A stretch of DNA of 64,000 nucleotides. It comes from Candidatus Collierbacteria bacterium GW2011_GWB2_45_17. GTDB lineage: Bacteria; Patescibacteriota; Microgenomatia; UBA1400; MFAQ01. Shown here piece by piece: positions 29,883 to 39,432 of this stretch (position 1 is the stretch's first letter; every line of letters begins with the position of its first letter). The notes below the pieces were generated by a model, which did no database searches, was not told the origin of the DNA, and was given only the letters and a program-made list of their open reading frames with translations. The stretch is from assembly GCA_001001485.1 (NCBI GenBank), contig LCKO01000005.1:3552-67551 (forward strand), in the 5' to 3' direction. Made by a program: the position numbers and the translations under genes.

Positions 29883-32155
29883 ACACCACGCCTGCCCTGG
29901 TACTTCCATTTTCCAAAATTAGCAAAGAAGACATCTCCTTAGTTGGAGGCAAGGGTGCCAACCTGGGAGAAATGTACTGTCTTGGCCTACCTGTACCCAA
30001 TGGTTTTGTGGTCACCGCTCAAGCATATCAGTCTGTCATCGACCACAACGCTCTTCAGCCGGTAATCCGAGAAATTATTAGACAAACAGACGTCAACCAT
30101 CAAAAAGAGTTACAAAAAGCCTCGATCAAAATTCAACGCCTCATCAACACGGCCGATATCCCTCAAAATCTCATTGACGAAATCTTCGAAAGCTATCAAG
30201 ATCTGAAACCGGGTGACCAGAGACCCTTGGTCGCGGTTCGTTCATCGGCCACCGCCGAAGACCTTCCCGACGCCTCCTTTGCCGGCCAACAAGAGTCATA
30301 TCTCGACATCCAGGGAGAATCAAATCTGATTCAGGCCATCCGACAGGCTTGGGCCTCACTTTGGGGAGCCAGAGCCATCTTTTATCGCGCCACCAAGGGT
30401 TTTGATCACTTTAAAGTTTTGCTGGCGGCTCCCGTTCAGCTTATGATCCAGTCCGAGGTTTCCGGTGTCGTTTTCTCAGTCAATCCGGTCAGTCGAAACA
30501 AAAATCAAGTAGTCGTGGAAACTGTCTGGGGACTAGGTGATTACATCGTTCAAGGAGTCGTCAACCCCGATCATTACATCGTCAACAAAGATAGCTTAAC
30601 CATTCATTCCAGACAATCGGTTCCGCAAACAATCATGGAGGTCAGACAAATTCCCAATGGGGTCAAAAAAATCAATGTGCCTAAAGAAAAAGTTTTTGCC
30701 AGAAAACTTACCGATGAGCAAGTGATCGAAGTGGCTAAGTTGTCGCTCAAAGTTCATCAGCATTATTTTTTCCCTCAAGATAGCGAATTCGCCGTCGAAA
30801 ATAACAAAATATTTCTGGTTCAAACCAGACCCATTACTACTCTTAACTTAGAAAAGAGCCAGCAAAAAATTTCGGAAGGCCAACTAATCAAATTAAAACA
30901 AATACTTCAAGGTCAGCCGGCCTCCTTCGGCATCGGAGTGGGTAAAGTGGTCAAGATAAAAAAGGCCAGCGAAATAAACCGTGTCAAAGAAGGCGACGTC
31001 CTGGTCACCGAGATGACCTCACCGGACTTCGTCCCGGCTATGAAGCGGGCTTCAGCCATCGTCACCGATAAGGGAGGTCAGACCTCTCACGCCGCCATTG
31101 TCTCTCGTGAACTAGGCATTCCGGCCGTGGTGGGAACCAAGATCTCCACCAGGATTCTCAAAGACCATCAGCTGATCTCTGTCAATGGCTCAACCGGCAC
31201 CATTTATAACGGCGTTCCGGAAAAAGTCAAAGTAGTCGAAACCAAAGAATTCAAAGAAGAAGAATTTCCCAAAACCGCTACCAAAGTTTACGTTAATCTC
31301 GGAGAGCCGGATCTGGCCTCCTTGGTGGCTCAAGGAAACGCTGATGGCGTCGGACTTCTTCGGGCTGAATTTATGATGGCTCAGATCGGGGTCCACCCAA
31401 AAAAAATGATTCGAGACGGCAAATCTCAAGTGTTCATTCACAACCTGGCCGAAAACTTAGCTAAGTTTACCGATAGTTTTGGAGATCGGCCAGTCGTTTA
31501 CCGAGCTTCGGATTTTAAAACCAACGAGTATCGCAATCTAATCGGTGGTCAAGATTATGAGCCAATTGAACCCAATCCCATGCTCGGCTTTAGGGGTGCT
31601 TACCGGTATCTGAGTGATGAGTCTGTTTTTAATCTCGAGTTGGAAGCTATTAAAACTGTCCGGAACAAAATGGGTTACAAAAATCTGCACCTCATGGTGC
31701 CATTTTGCCGGACAGTCGAAGAGCTTGTCAAAGTTAAAAGAATTATTTCTGCCAGCGGACTGACCAGATCAAACTCTTTTAAGCTTTGGATGATGGTCGA
31801 GATTCCTTCAAATGTAATTCTACTTGAAGACTTCATTCAAGTTGGCATCGATGGCATTTCCATCGGCAGTAACGATCTCACCATGCTGATTTTGGGAACG
31901 GATCGCGACAACGAAACTGTCGCTTCCGAATTCGACGAAAGAAATCCCGCCGTTACCTGGGCCTTGGAGCGGGTTGTAAAAACTGCCGCCAAACATCACA
32001 TAACCAGCTCTCTCTGCGGTCAGGCCGCTAGCCTATATCCGGATTTAGTAGAACAATTGGTCGGTTGGGGTATTACATCGGTTTCGGTTAGCCCGGACGC
32101 TGTCGACAATACTCGCCGTGTCATCTCCCAAATAGAGAAACGTCTACTAAAATGA
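29879..32155 (+). CDS. ppsA: Phosphoenolpyruvate synthase / pyruvate, water dikinase
   Basis: PEP-utilising His domain 'GGQTSHAAIVSRELGIPAVVG', N-terminal ATP-grasp region, C-terminal TIM barrel. Confidence 0.85.
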   Translation: MNTTPALVLPFSKISKEDISLVGGKGANLGEMYCLGLPVPNGFVVTAQAYQSVIDHNALQPVIREIIRQTDVNHQKELQKASIKIQRLINTADIPQNLIDEIFESYQDLKPGDQRPLVAVRSSATAEDLPDASFAGQQESYLDIQGESNLIQAIRQAWASLWGARAIFYRATKGFDHFKVLLAAPVQLMIQSEVSGVVFSVNPVSRNKNQVVVETVWGLGDYIVQGVVNPDHYIVNKDSLTIHSRQSVPQTIMEVRQIPNGVKKINVPKEKVFARKLTDEQVIEVAKLSLKVHQHYFFPQDSEFAVENNKIFLVQTRPITTLNLEKSQQKISEGQLIKLKQILQGQPASFGIGVGKVVKIKKASEINRVKEGDVLVTEMTSPDFVPAMKRASAIVTDKGGQTSHAAIVSRELGIPAVVGTKISTRILKDHQLISVNGSTGTIYNGVPEKVKVVETKEFKEEEFPKTATKVYVNLGEPDLASLVAQGNADGVGLLRAEFMMAQIGVHPKKMIRDGKSQVFIHNLAENLAKFTDSFGDRPVVYRASDFKTNEYRNLIGGQDYEPIEPNPMLGFRGAYRYLSDESVFNLELEAIKTVRNKMGYKNLHLMVPFCRTVEELVKVKRIISASGLTRSNSFKLWMMVEIPSNVILLEDFIQVGIDGISIGSNDLTMLILGTDRDNETVASEFDERNPAVTWALERVVKTAAKHHITSSLCGQAASLYPDLVEQLVGWGITSVSVSPDAVDNTRRVISQIEKRLLK

Positions 32156-33426
32156 GTAAAATAAAATCAGTCTACGCTCGAGAAATTCTCGACTCGCGCG
32201 GCAATCCCACCATCGAGACCACCGTCTGGTCAGACAACGCCCATGGTGCCGTCGCTTCCATACCTAGCGGCGCCTCAACCGGACGTTTAGAAGCCTACGA
32301 AATGAGAGATAGTGATCCCAACCGGTTTGGTGGTCTAGGTGTTCTAAAAGCTTGTGCCAATGTTAATCAAATCATCAGTAAATACATTGTTGGCCAAGAT
32401 CCTCTAAAACAAAACGATATCGATCAAATCCTCTTAAATACCGATGGTTCAGCCAACAAATCAAAACTAGGGGCCAACGCCATTCTATCGGTTTCCCAAG
32501 CCTGTTTTGAGCTGGGAGCCGCCTGCGCTGAAATACCTACTTTCGAGTACGCAGCTCAAAAATATGGTTTTCCACCTGCTTCACCTACTCATCTACCTTC
32601 CCCAATTTTTAATCTCATTAATGGCGGCAAGCACGGAGCCGGTAATCTTGATTTTCAAGAGTTTCATGTTATTCCGTCCAGCCGAAAGACTTTCTCTGCC
32701 TCACTGGAGATGGGTAGCGAACTATATCATTTACTCAAGAAAGTTCTCATCGAAAAAAAGGCTACTTCCTCTGTTGGAGATGAGGGTGGCTACGCTCCCA
32801 ATTTAGTTTCCAACACCGATGCCATCGAACTTTTGGTCGAAACTATCGAAGCCAGTCCATACAAATTAAACGAAGACCTTTATCTGGGACTGGATATCGC
32901 CGCTTCCACTTTTTTTCAGGGTGGAAAATATAAAATAAGCGATGTCAAAGACCCCATGACCGGTATTCAAATGGGGGATTTTTTAATCGATTTAAACCGA
33001 AAATACAGTCTCTTGTCCATTGAAGACCCCTTTGATCAGGAAGCTTGGACTGACTGGGAAAATCTCTTCGCTAATATAGGCAAACAACTGATGATCGTTG
33101 GTGACGATCTTTTAGTCACTAACAAAGCCAGACTCGAAGAAGCCATCAAACGAAGTGCCTGCAACGCGGTCCTCATCAAACCAAATCAAATTGGCACTAT
33201 TTCGGAGACTGTTGCCGTGATCAAATTAGCTAAAAAAAATAATTTCTCCGTTATCATTTCACACCGCTCAGGCGATACCGATGAAGACTTTTTGGCAGAC
33301 TTTGCCGTCGGAGTTGGAGCTGACTTTGTCAAGTTCGGCGCTCCCGGTAGGGGAGAGCGAGTCGCCAAATACAACCGCCTACTCTTTATTCAAGAATACC
33401 TAGAAAGCCTCCACCCCACCTCATGA
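32152..33426 (+). CDS. eno: Enolase
   Basis: N-terminus 'SKIKSVYAREILDSRGNPTIET' and the enolase signature region. Confidence 0.95.
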   Translation: MSKIKSVYAREILDSRGNPTIETTVWSDNAHGAVASIPSGASTGRLEAYEMRDSDPNRFGGLGVLKACANVNQIISKYIVGQDPLKQNDIDQILLNTDGSANKSKLGANAILSVSQACFELGAACAEIPTFEYAAQKYGFPPASPTHLPSPIFNLINGGKHGAGNLDFQEFHVIPSSRKTFSASLEMGSELYHLLKKVLIEKKATSSVGDEGGYAPNLVSNTDAIELLVETIEASPYKLNEDLYLGLDIAASTFFQGGKYKISDVKDPMTGIQMGDFLIDLNRKYSLLSIEDPFDQEAWTDWENLFANIGKQLMIVGDDLLVTNKARLEEAIKRSACNAVLIKPNQIGTISETVAVIKLAKKNNFSVIISHRSGDTDEDFLADFAVGVGADFVKFGAPGRGERVAKYNRLLFIQEYLESLHPTS

Positions 33427-34925
33427 AAAAGGTTATCCTCTGTATTCTCGATGGCTGGGGAATCGCGCCTGACTCACCAGGCAACGCTATCACCAGAGCC
33501 AAGCCACAGACTTTCAATTATTTACTCCAAAATTTTCCCCAAACCCAACTATTAGCCGCCGGTCCGGCTGTTGGCCTACCGGAAGGTCAAGATGGCAATA
33601 GTGAAACCGGTCACCTAAACATCGGCGCCGGCAGAATCGTCTACCAAGATCTCTCGCTTATAAACATGGCCATCGCCGACGGCAGTTTTTTTACCAATCG
33701 AGCTCTCCTTGATACCGTTAAACATCTCTCTTCTTTTGATTCTCGCCTTCATCTTTTAGGCCTCATCGGCTCATCCGGAGTTCATGCTTTCAATGAACAT
33801 CTCTACGCCCTCATGTTATCTGCCAAAAACCATAATCTTCAACACGTCTACTTGCATCTCATCACCGACGGTCGCGATAGTGATCCTCATAATGCCCTGG
33901 AACAAATCAAGGCTGTCCAAAAAAAGGTTGTCGAGCTGGGAACTGGTCAAATTGCTTCACTCATGGGTCGTTACTTTGCTATGGATCGTGACAATCATAT
34001 TGAAAGAACCCAAAAGGCGTTTGATTGTTTAATCGGATCCGATAATGTTCCCCAGAAAGAGGCTGGCTCATATTTAGAAAAACTATATTCTCAAGGAGTT
34101 ACTGATGAGTTTATTTCTCCCGCCTCTATTGGCGACGACTCAGAGACGACTCGAATCAAAGCTGGTGATGCCGTCGTATTTTTCAACTTCAGAACTGACC
34201 GTCCAAAACAGTTGACCGAAATGTTTCTTAACTCGGGTCTTCCCAATCTACGATTCGTCACCATGACCAACTATCGAGAATCTTTTTCCAATCCGGTTAT
34301 GTTTCCCCTAACTACTATCACTAACACTCTTGGAGAAATCGTTTCCAACTCAAAACAGCTTCAACTTAGAGCGGCCGAAACCGAAAAAATTGCCATGGTT
34401 ACTTACTACTTCAATGGCCAAAGCGAGGATGCCTTTCTCGGAGAGGCGCGTTTATTTATCAATTCACCCAATATTTCCACCAGCGATCTTCAGCCACGTA
34501 TGTCTACCGACAGGTTAATCGGCGAGTTTACCAAACACTTTAAAGAAACCGATTTTTCTCTTGGTATTCTCAATATTGCTTGTCCGGACATGGTGGCGCA
34601 TACCGGTAAAATCGACAAGACCATCGAAGCAGTTCAAGCGGCCGACGAAGCTCTGGGGAATCTCATAAATCTCGCCAAAGAAACTGATTCCTATCTTCTC
34701 ATCACCGCTGATCACGGTAATGCGGAAGAACTTCTAAATTCAGCCGGCGAAGTGGACACCAAACACTCGCTTCATCCGGTACCGTTCATAATTTACCATC
34801 TCAATGATTATCATTTTCAGCTACAATCCGGCAAACTTGGCGATGTCGCCCCCACCATTCTCAACCTCCTGGATCTCCCCCAACCCGCCGAAATGAACGG
34901 CAAAAACCTAATCCTCCGCTCATAG
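33423..34925 (+). CDS. gpmI: 2,3-bisphosphoglycerate-independent phosphoglycerate mutase
   Basis: N-terminus 'ILCILDGWGIAPDS' and 'ITADHGNAE' metal site. Confidence 0.9.
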   Translation: MKKVILCILDGWGIAPDSPGNAITRAKPQTFNYLLQNFPQTQLLAAGPAVGLPEGQDGNSETGHLNIGAGRIVYQDLSLINMAIADGSFFTNRALLDTVKHLSSFDSRLHLLGLIGSSGVHAFNEHLYALMLSAKNHNLQHVYLHLITDGRDSDPHNALEQIKAVQKKVVELGTGQIASLMGRYFAMDRDNHIERTQKAFDCLIGSDNVPQKEAGSYLEKLYSQGVTDEFISPASIGDDSETTRIKAGDAVVFFNFRTDRPKQLTEMFLNSGLPNLRFVTMTNYRESFSNPVMFPLTTITNTLGEIVSNSKQLQLRAAETEKIAMVTYYFNGQSEDAFLGEARLFINSPNISTSDLQPRMSTDRLIGEFTKHFKETDFSLGILNIACPDMVAHTGKIDKTIEAVQAADEALGNLINLAKETDSYLLITADHGNAEELLNSAGEVDTKHSLHPVPFIIYHLNDYHFQLQSGKLGDVAPTILNLLDLPQPAEMNGKNLILRS

Positions 34926-34975
34926 CGTCATTGCGAGGTCGCCTAGGCGACCGCAGTAATATCTCTTCCTGAAAG
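34926..34975. repeat. Small dispersed repeat unit (CGTCATTGCGAG + hairpin GTCGCCtaGGCGAC)
   Basis: 12-mer CGTCATTGCGAG is shared with five other loci; the hairpin is analogous to GTCCGCCtaGGCGGAC in modules B and C. Confidence 0.7.
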
Positions 34976-34996
34976 GTGTCTTCCTTGTAGGTAGTC

Positions 34997-35722
34997 CTAC
35001 GAGGAGACTCCTTGCAGGACATCCACCAACGATAATATCAATGTTGCCTCTCCTTTAAGCTTTCTTGTTCTTACAATCTCTAAAATTTCTAAAATACTTC
35101 CCCGAAAAATCTTTTCCGATATTTTGGTCATATCCAAAGCCAAACAAACTCTTGTCTCACCACCAAACACCACTACCATCTCTGCCAAGATCTTTTCTAA
35201 TCTCACGGTGGACTCGTAAAATACCGCCGAGAACTTCATTATTTCTGCCATCTGCTTCACATATTTGAGCATTTCACTTCTTTTTCCTGGTTTTTTGGGT
35301 AAAAATCCCAAAAACATATATTTATCGGTTGGCAGTCCCGATACGGCCAGCGCCGCACTCTCGGCCGTGGGCCCAGGCACAACCGTAACATCCCATCCTA
35401 AGGCAAGACCTTCGCTTACTAGTTTGTATCCTGGATCTGAAATTAGAGGCATTCCGGCATCGCTTACCAGCACTGCCTCTTCCAACAAGTTCATCTCAGC
35501 TAGCAAGGAGGGGAGTACTCGATGTTCATTAAAGTCATTAACAAACTTGAGTTTGGCCTTCTTTTCTTGAACTTTACCCAGACTTGTCAACTTACTCCAT
35601 AAATTACCAAACATGCGGGTATCCTCGCAAACTATGAATTTAGCCTCTGACAACACCCTCAAGACTCTCTCCGAGATATCTTCTACATTCCCAATCGGCA
35701 ACCCCACTATAGTTAGTTTCAT
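34997..35722 (-). CDS. rsmI: 16S rRNA (cytidine1402-2'-O)-methyltransferase
   Basis: Tetrapyrrole-methylase fold with 'LTIVGLPIGNVEDIS' N-terminus. Confidence 0.8.
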   Translation of the reverse strand: MKLTIVGLPIGNVEDISERVLRVLSEAKFIVCEDTRMFGNLWSKLTSLGKVQEKKAKLKFVNDFNEHRVLPSLLAEMNLLEEAVLVSDAGMPLISDPGYKLVSEGLALGWDVTVVPGPTAESAALAVSGLPTDKYMFLGFLPKKPGKRSEMLKYVKQMAEIMKFSAVFYESTVRLEKILAEMVVVFGGETRVCLALDMTKISEKIFRGSILEILEIVRTRKLKGEATLILSLVDVLQGVSS

Positions 35723-35750
35723 TAGCCTATTTTACTTCAAATACAGATCT

Positions 35751-35810
35751 CGTCATTGCGAGGTGCTCAGTGGCTCTCCTGGATACCCCTTGCGGGTAAA
35801 TCTCACTCCA
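35751..35810. repeat. Small dispersed repeat unit (CGTCATTGCGAG ... AATCTCACTCCA)
   Basis: Both terminal motifs are present, flanking a variable internal hairpin; lies between rsmI and lexA. Confidence 0.7.
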
Positions 35811-35811
35811 C

Positions 35812-36432
35812 CTATATATACTTCCTAATCACACCGACACATTTACCTTGCACCTTGACATTGATCGCGAAAATAGGGGACATGGACGAGTTCGCCGGTT
35901 CCAGACGAACTCGGGTTCTTTCTCTGAAAAATCTCTTTAGAGTAGCCAGACCGTTTTCCAAAAGTGCTACCACAATATCTCCATCCTTCACAGCACCAAT
36001 CTCGCACTCCTCGATCAGGACATAGTCACGGTCAAAAATCCCCTCTTCAATCATCGAATCACCTTTAACCTGGAGAACAAAGGCTCGTTTTTTGCCCGAT
36101 ACCATCGAGGCGGACACTTTCATAGTCGCGTTTGGATCGGTATAAGGCTCGATTGGCCGGCCAGCGGCGATAAAACCCAAAATCGGTAACTCTAAACCGG
36201 CATTTTCCACACTCGGTCTATCTATCACTTCGATTCCCCGAATAACCCCATCAAACTTGCGAATGACTCCCTTTTTTTCCAAAGCCTGAAGATGCTCATG
36301 CACAGTGGCCAGAGAAGAAACTCCGATTGCCTGAGCAATTTCCGAAAGAGTAGGGGAGTAGCCACTCTTTTGAATGAACTGAGAAATAAACTCCACGATC
36401 TGTCTTTGTCTTTTGTATAGTGTTACGGCCAT
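35812..36432 (-). CDS. lexA: LexA repressor (S24 peptidase + wHTH)
   Basis: C-terminal 'GDSMIEEGIFDRDYVLIE' Ser-Lys dyad region; N-terminal wHTH; the ATG at 36432 (MAVTLYKRQ) is preferred over the track start at 36474. Confidence 0.85.
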   Translation of the reverse strand: MAVTLYKRQRQIVEFISQFIQKSGYSPTLSEIAQAIGVSSLATVHEHLQALEKKGVIRKFDGVIRGIEVIDRPSVENAGLELPILGFIAAGRPIEPYTDPNATMKVSASMVSGKKRAFVLQVKGDSMIEEGIFDRDYVLIEECEIGAVKDGDIVVALLENGLATLKRFFRERTRVRLEPANSSMSPIFAINVKVQGKCVGVIRKYI

Positions 36433-36481
36433 ATAATCATTATTACCAAACATTACCCAAATGTCAAGTAGCACAAAATGA

Positions 36482-36522
36482 CGTCATTGCGAGAAGGTAC
36501 TCCGACGTGGCAATCTCACTCC
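36482..36522. repeat. Small dispersed repeat unit (CGTCATTGCGAG-aaggtactccgacgtg-GCAATCTCACTCCA)
   Basis: Near-identical flanks to 48884..48918 with a different central hairpin; sits in the divergent lexA/uvrB promoter region. Confidence 0.7.
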
Positions 36523-36544
36523 ATCCAAAGTAAAATACCTGTAA

Positions 36545-38593
36545 ATGAAATTTAAACTAGAGTCTTCCTTCCAGCCAACTGGGGATCAACCCAGCGCTAT
36601 TGAGAAACTATCAACTGCGATTGATCAGCAAAATCCTCATCAAACCCTAGTGGGAGTCACCGGATCTGGAAAAACCTACACCATTGCGAATATCATCCAA
36701 AAAACTCAGCTACCCACTCTGGTTATGTGTCACAACAAAACACTAGCTTCTCAGCTCTATCAAGAATTCCGTGATTTTTTCCCCCACAATGCTGTTTCTT
36801 ACTTTGTTTCTTACTACGACTACTACCAGCCGGAAGCCTACATTCCTCAAACCGATACCTATATCGAAAAAGAAGCCGATATCAATCCGGAAATAGATAA
36901 ATTTCGTCTTTCCACCACTGCCAATTTACTTACCCGTCCCGATACTATCGTCGTCGCCTCTGTTTCCTGTATCTACAACATTGGTTCACCAGTTGACCAG
37001 GAGAAAAACCTTTTACCATTAGCCAAGGGTCAAATAATCTCTCGCGATACCGTTCTGATGCGCTTATCTGATCTTCAGTACACTCGCACAAACTCTGAAC
37101 TAACTCGGGGAATGTTTCGTGCCGTCGGGAATACCGTCCAGCTCTATCCATCCTACAAAGACCTGGTTATCTCCATGACCTTCGATGGCACGACATTGAG
37201 CAATATTGAAATTCTCGATCCGTACAACTTCACCAAAATTGAAGACGAAGGTCCGGATAGTACTGGCTTTATCACTATTCACCCAGCCAAACTGTTTTTA
37301 ACAAATCCCAAAACTCAAGGAGAAGCCATTGTCAATATTCGCCGTGATCTGGAGCTTCAAATAAAAAATTTCAAAGACGCTGGCAAAATCATTGAAGCTC
37401 ATCGTCTAGAACAAAAAGTCAATTACGATCTATCCATGCTGGAAGAAGTCGGCTATGTCAGTGGCATCGAAAACTACTCACGCTACTTTGACGGTCGCCA
37501 ACCGGGATCGGCACCTTACTCTCTTCTTGAATACTTCCACCACAACGCCAAAAAATTTAACAAGCCAGGATTCCTAACAGTTATAGACGAATCTCACATC
37601 AGTCTTCCACAAGTCAGAGGTATGTATAATGGTGACCAAGCCAGAAAAGATAATCTAATTAATTTTGGCTTTCGTCTTCCCAGTGCCAAAGATAATCGAC
37701 CTCTAACCTATACCGAGTGGCAATCTCGCACTCCCATCAAGCTTTATTGCTCCGCCACACCTAGCGAACATGAGTTATCTCTTTCATACGGGAGTAAAAT
37801 TCCCACCGTGGCCGAACAAATGATTCGTCCGACTGGTCTTCTCGATCCCGCTGTCACCGTTTTCCCAGCCATTGGTCAGATCGATCACCTCACTCAGGAA
37901 GTCATCAAGAGGACAGCAAAAGGGGAACGTACTCTCATTTTGACTATGACCAAAAGAATGGCCGAAGATCTCTCAGACCACCTCAAAGAAAAATTTCATT
38001 TAAAAGTCGAGTATCTTCACTCAGATATTCATACCCTTGACAGAGCCGACATCCTCGACAAACTTCGTCTGGGTGACTTTGACTGTTTAGTGGGAATCAA
38101 TCTGCTTCGTGAAGGTCTCGATCTACCCGAAGTTTCCCTGGTTGCTATACTCGACGCCGACAAAGAAGGCTTTCTTCGCACACCTACCGCACTCATTCAA
38201 ACCATGGGTCGTGCCGCCCGCCATGTAAATGGAGAAGTCTATCTCTATGCCGACAAGACCTCAAAATCCATGAACATCGCCATCGACGAAACCCTCCGCC
38301 GCCGCAAAATCCAAATGGACTATAACGTAGCCCACGGTATCACCCCCACTGGAATTAATAAACCCATCCGTGAGAGACTCATGAAACGAGATATGAGTGC
38401 CCCAACTCCACGAATTAAAGAACTGGCCGAACACGGCTGGTCAGAGATAGACGATATCAATCCCGAGGCTCTCACTCCTCAAAAGAAAAAACTCTTAGTC
38501 ATCAAACTCAAAAAAATGATGAACCAAGCCGCCAACTCCTGGAACTTTGAGCTCGCCGTCCGCTACCGCGACACCATCAAAAAACTCCAATAG
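36545..38593 (+). CDS. uvrB: Excinuclease ABC subunit B
   Basis: Helicase motifs (GVTGSGKT, DESH), beta-hairpin region, C-terminal UvrB/UvrC interaction helix. Confidence 0.95.
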   Translation: MKFKLESSFQPTGDQPSAIEKLSTAIDQQNPHQTLVGVTGSGKTYTIANIIQKTQLPTLVMCHNKTLASQLYQEFRDFFPHNAVSYFVSYYDYYQPEAYIPQTDTYIEKEADINPEIDKFRLSTTANLLTRPDTIVVASVSCIYNIGSPVDQEKNLLPLAKGQIISRDTVLMRLSDLQYTRTNSELTRGMFRAVGNTVQLYPSYKDLVISMTFDGTTLSNIEILDPYNFTKIEDEGPDSTGFITIHPAKLFLTNPKTQGEAIVNIRRDLELQIKNFKDAGKIIEAHRLEQKVNYDLSMLEEVGYVSGIENYSRYFDGRQPGSAPYSLLEYFHHNAKKFNKPGFLTVIDESHISLPQVRGMYNGDQARKDNLINFGFRLPSAKDNRPLTYTEWQSRTPIKLYCSATPSEHELSLSYGSKIPTVAEQMIRPTGLLDPAVTVFPAIGQIDHLTQEVIKRTAKGERTLILTMTKRMAEDLSDHLKEKFHLKVEYLHSDIHTLDRADILDKLRLGDFDCLVGINLLREGLDLPEVSLVAILDADKEGFLRTPTALIQTMGRAARHVNGEVYLYADKTSKSMNIAIDETLRRRKIQMDYNVAHGITPTGINKPIRERLMKRDMSAPTPRIKELAEHGWSEIDDINPEALTPQKKKLLVIKLKKMMNQAANSWNFELAVRYRDTIKKLQ

Positions 38594-38636
38594 TCTTCAG
38601 GGTGCAAACAACCTCTGTTTAATATAATATATAAAC

Positions 38637-39014
38637 GTGGAACATGCCCAACTTGAATCAGACCATTTTGTAGAGCATTATGACTTTGACGATGAAATGC
38701 GCGAGCACTATACTAAGCAAGCCGAGATTTTGGACGATGAAATTAGAAAAGAAAGAAGTGAATCTAAAAAAGCAAGACTGGTAAAAACCGCCGACACATA
38801 TTATGAAGCTATTTCTGAAGTAGAAGGTCTCGACAAAGGCGAAGCCGTGGACTGGATACAGAATCATGCTGGAGGCAAAAAAAGTTCTGAGATGGCAGAC
38901 GCTGTCGAGGTGGGAGGGTTTGTCTGGTCCAGACAAACGGCTTGTGATCGGTTATCGTCCTGGGAAGATATTCTTGGTACAGTATCTTACCTAATTAGCA
39001 AAAAAAGAGGATAG
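38637..39014 (+). CDS. Hypothetical acidic protein
   Basis: ORF with GTG start; the internal ATG at about 38697 is also possible. Confidence 0.35.
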   Translation: MEHAQLESDHFVEHYDFDDEMREHYTKQAEILDDEIRKERSESKKARLVKTADTYYEAISEVEGLDKGEAVDWIQNHAGGKKSSEMADAVEVGGFVWSRQTACDRLSSWEDILGTVSYLISKKRG

Positions 39015-39034
39015 ATATTCACCTAGCGATATAA

Positions 39035-39370
<336 letters not shown>

Positions 39371-39432
39371 GTAGTGTAAATCCATTTTCATATTCGGGTA
39401 ATCTGTGGAAAAACAGTGTAGAATAGACTGTT

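Noticed and set aside
34926-36522. CRISPR array (repeated CGTCATTGCGAG units)
   Set aside because: The copies are 0.7-0.8 kb apart and separated by full-length housekeeping genes. There is no regular repeat-spacer periodicity and no cas genes.
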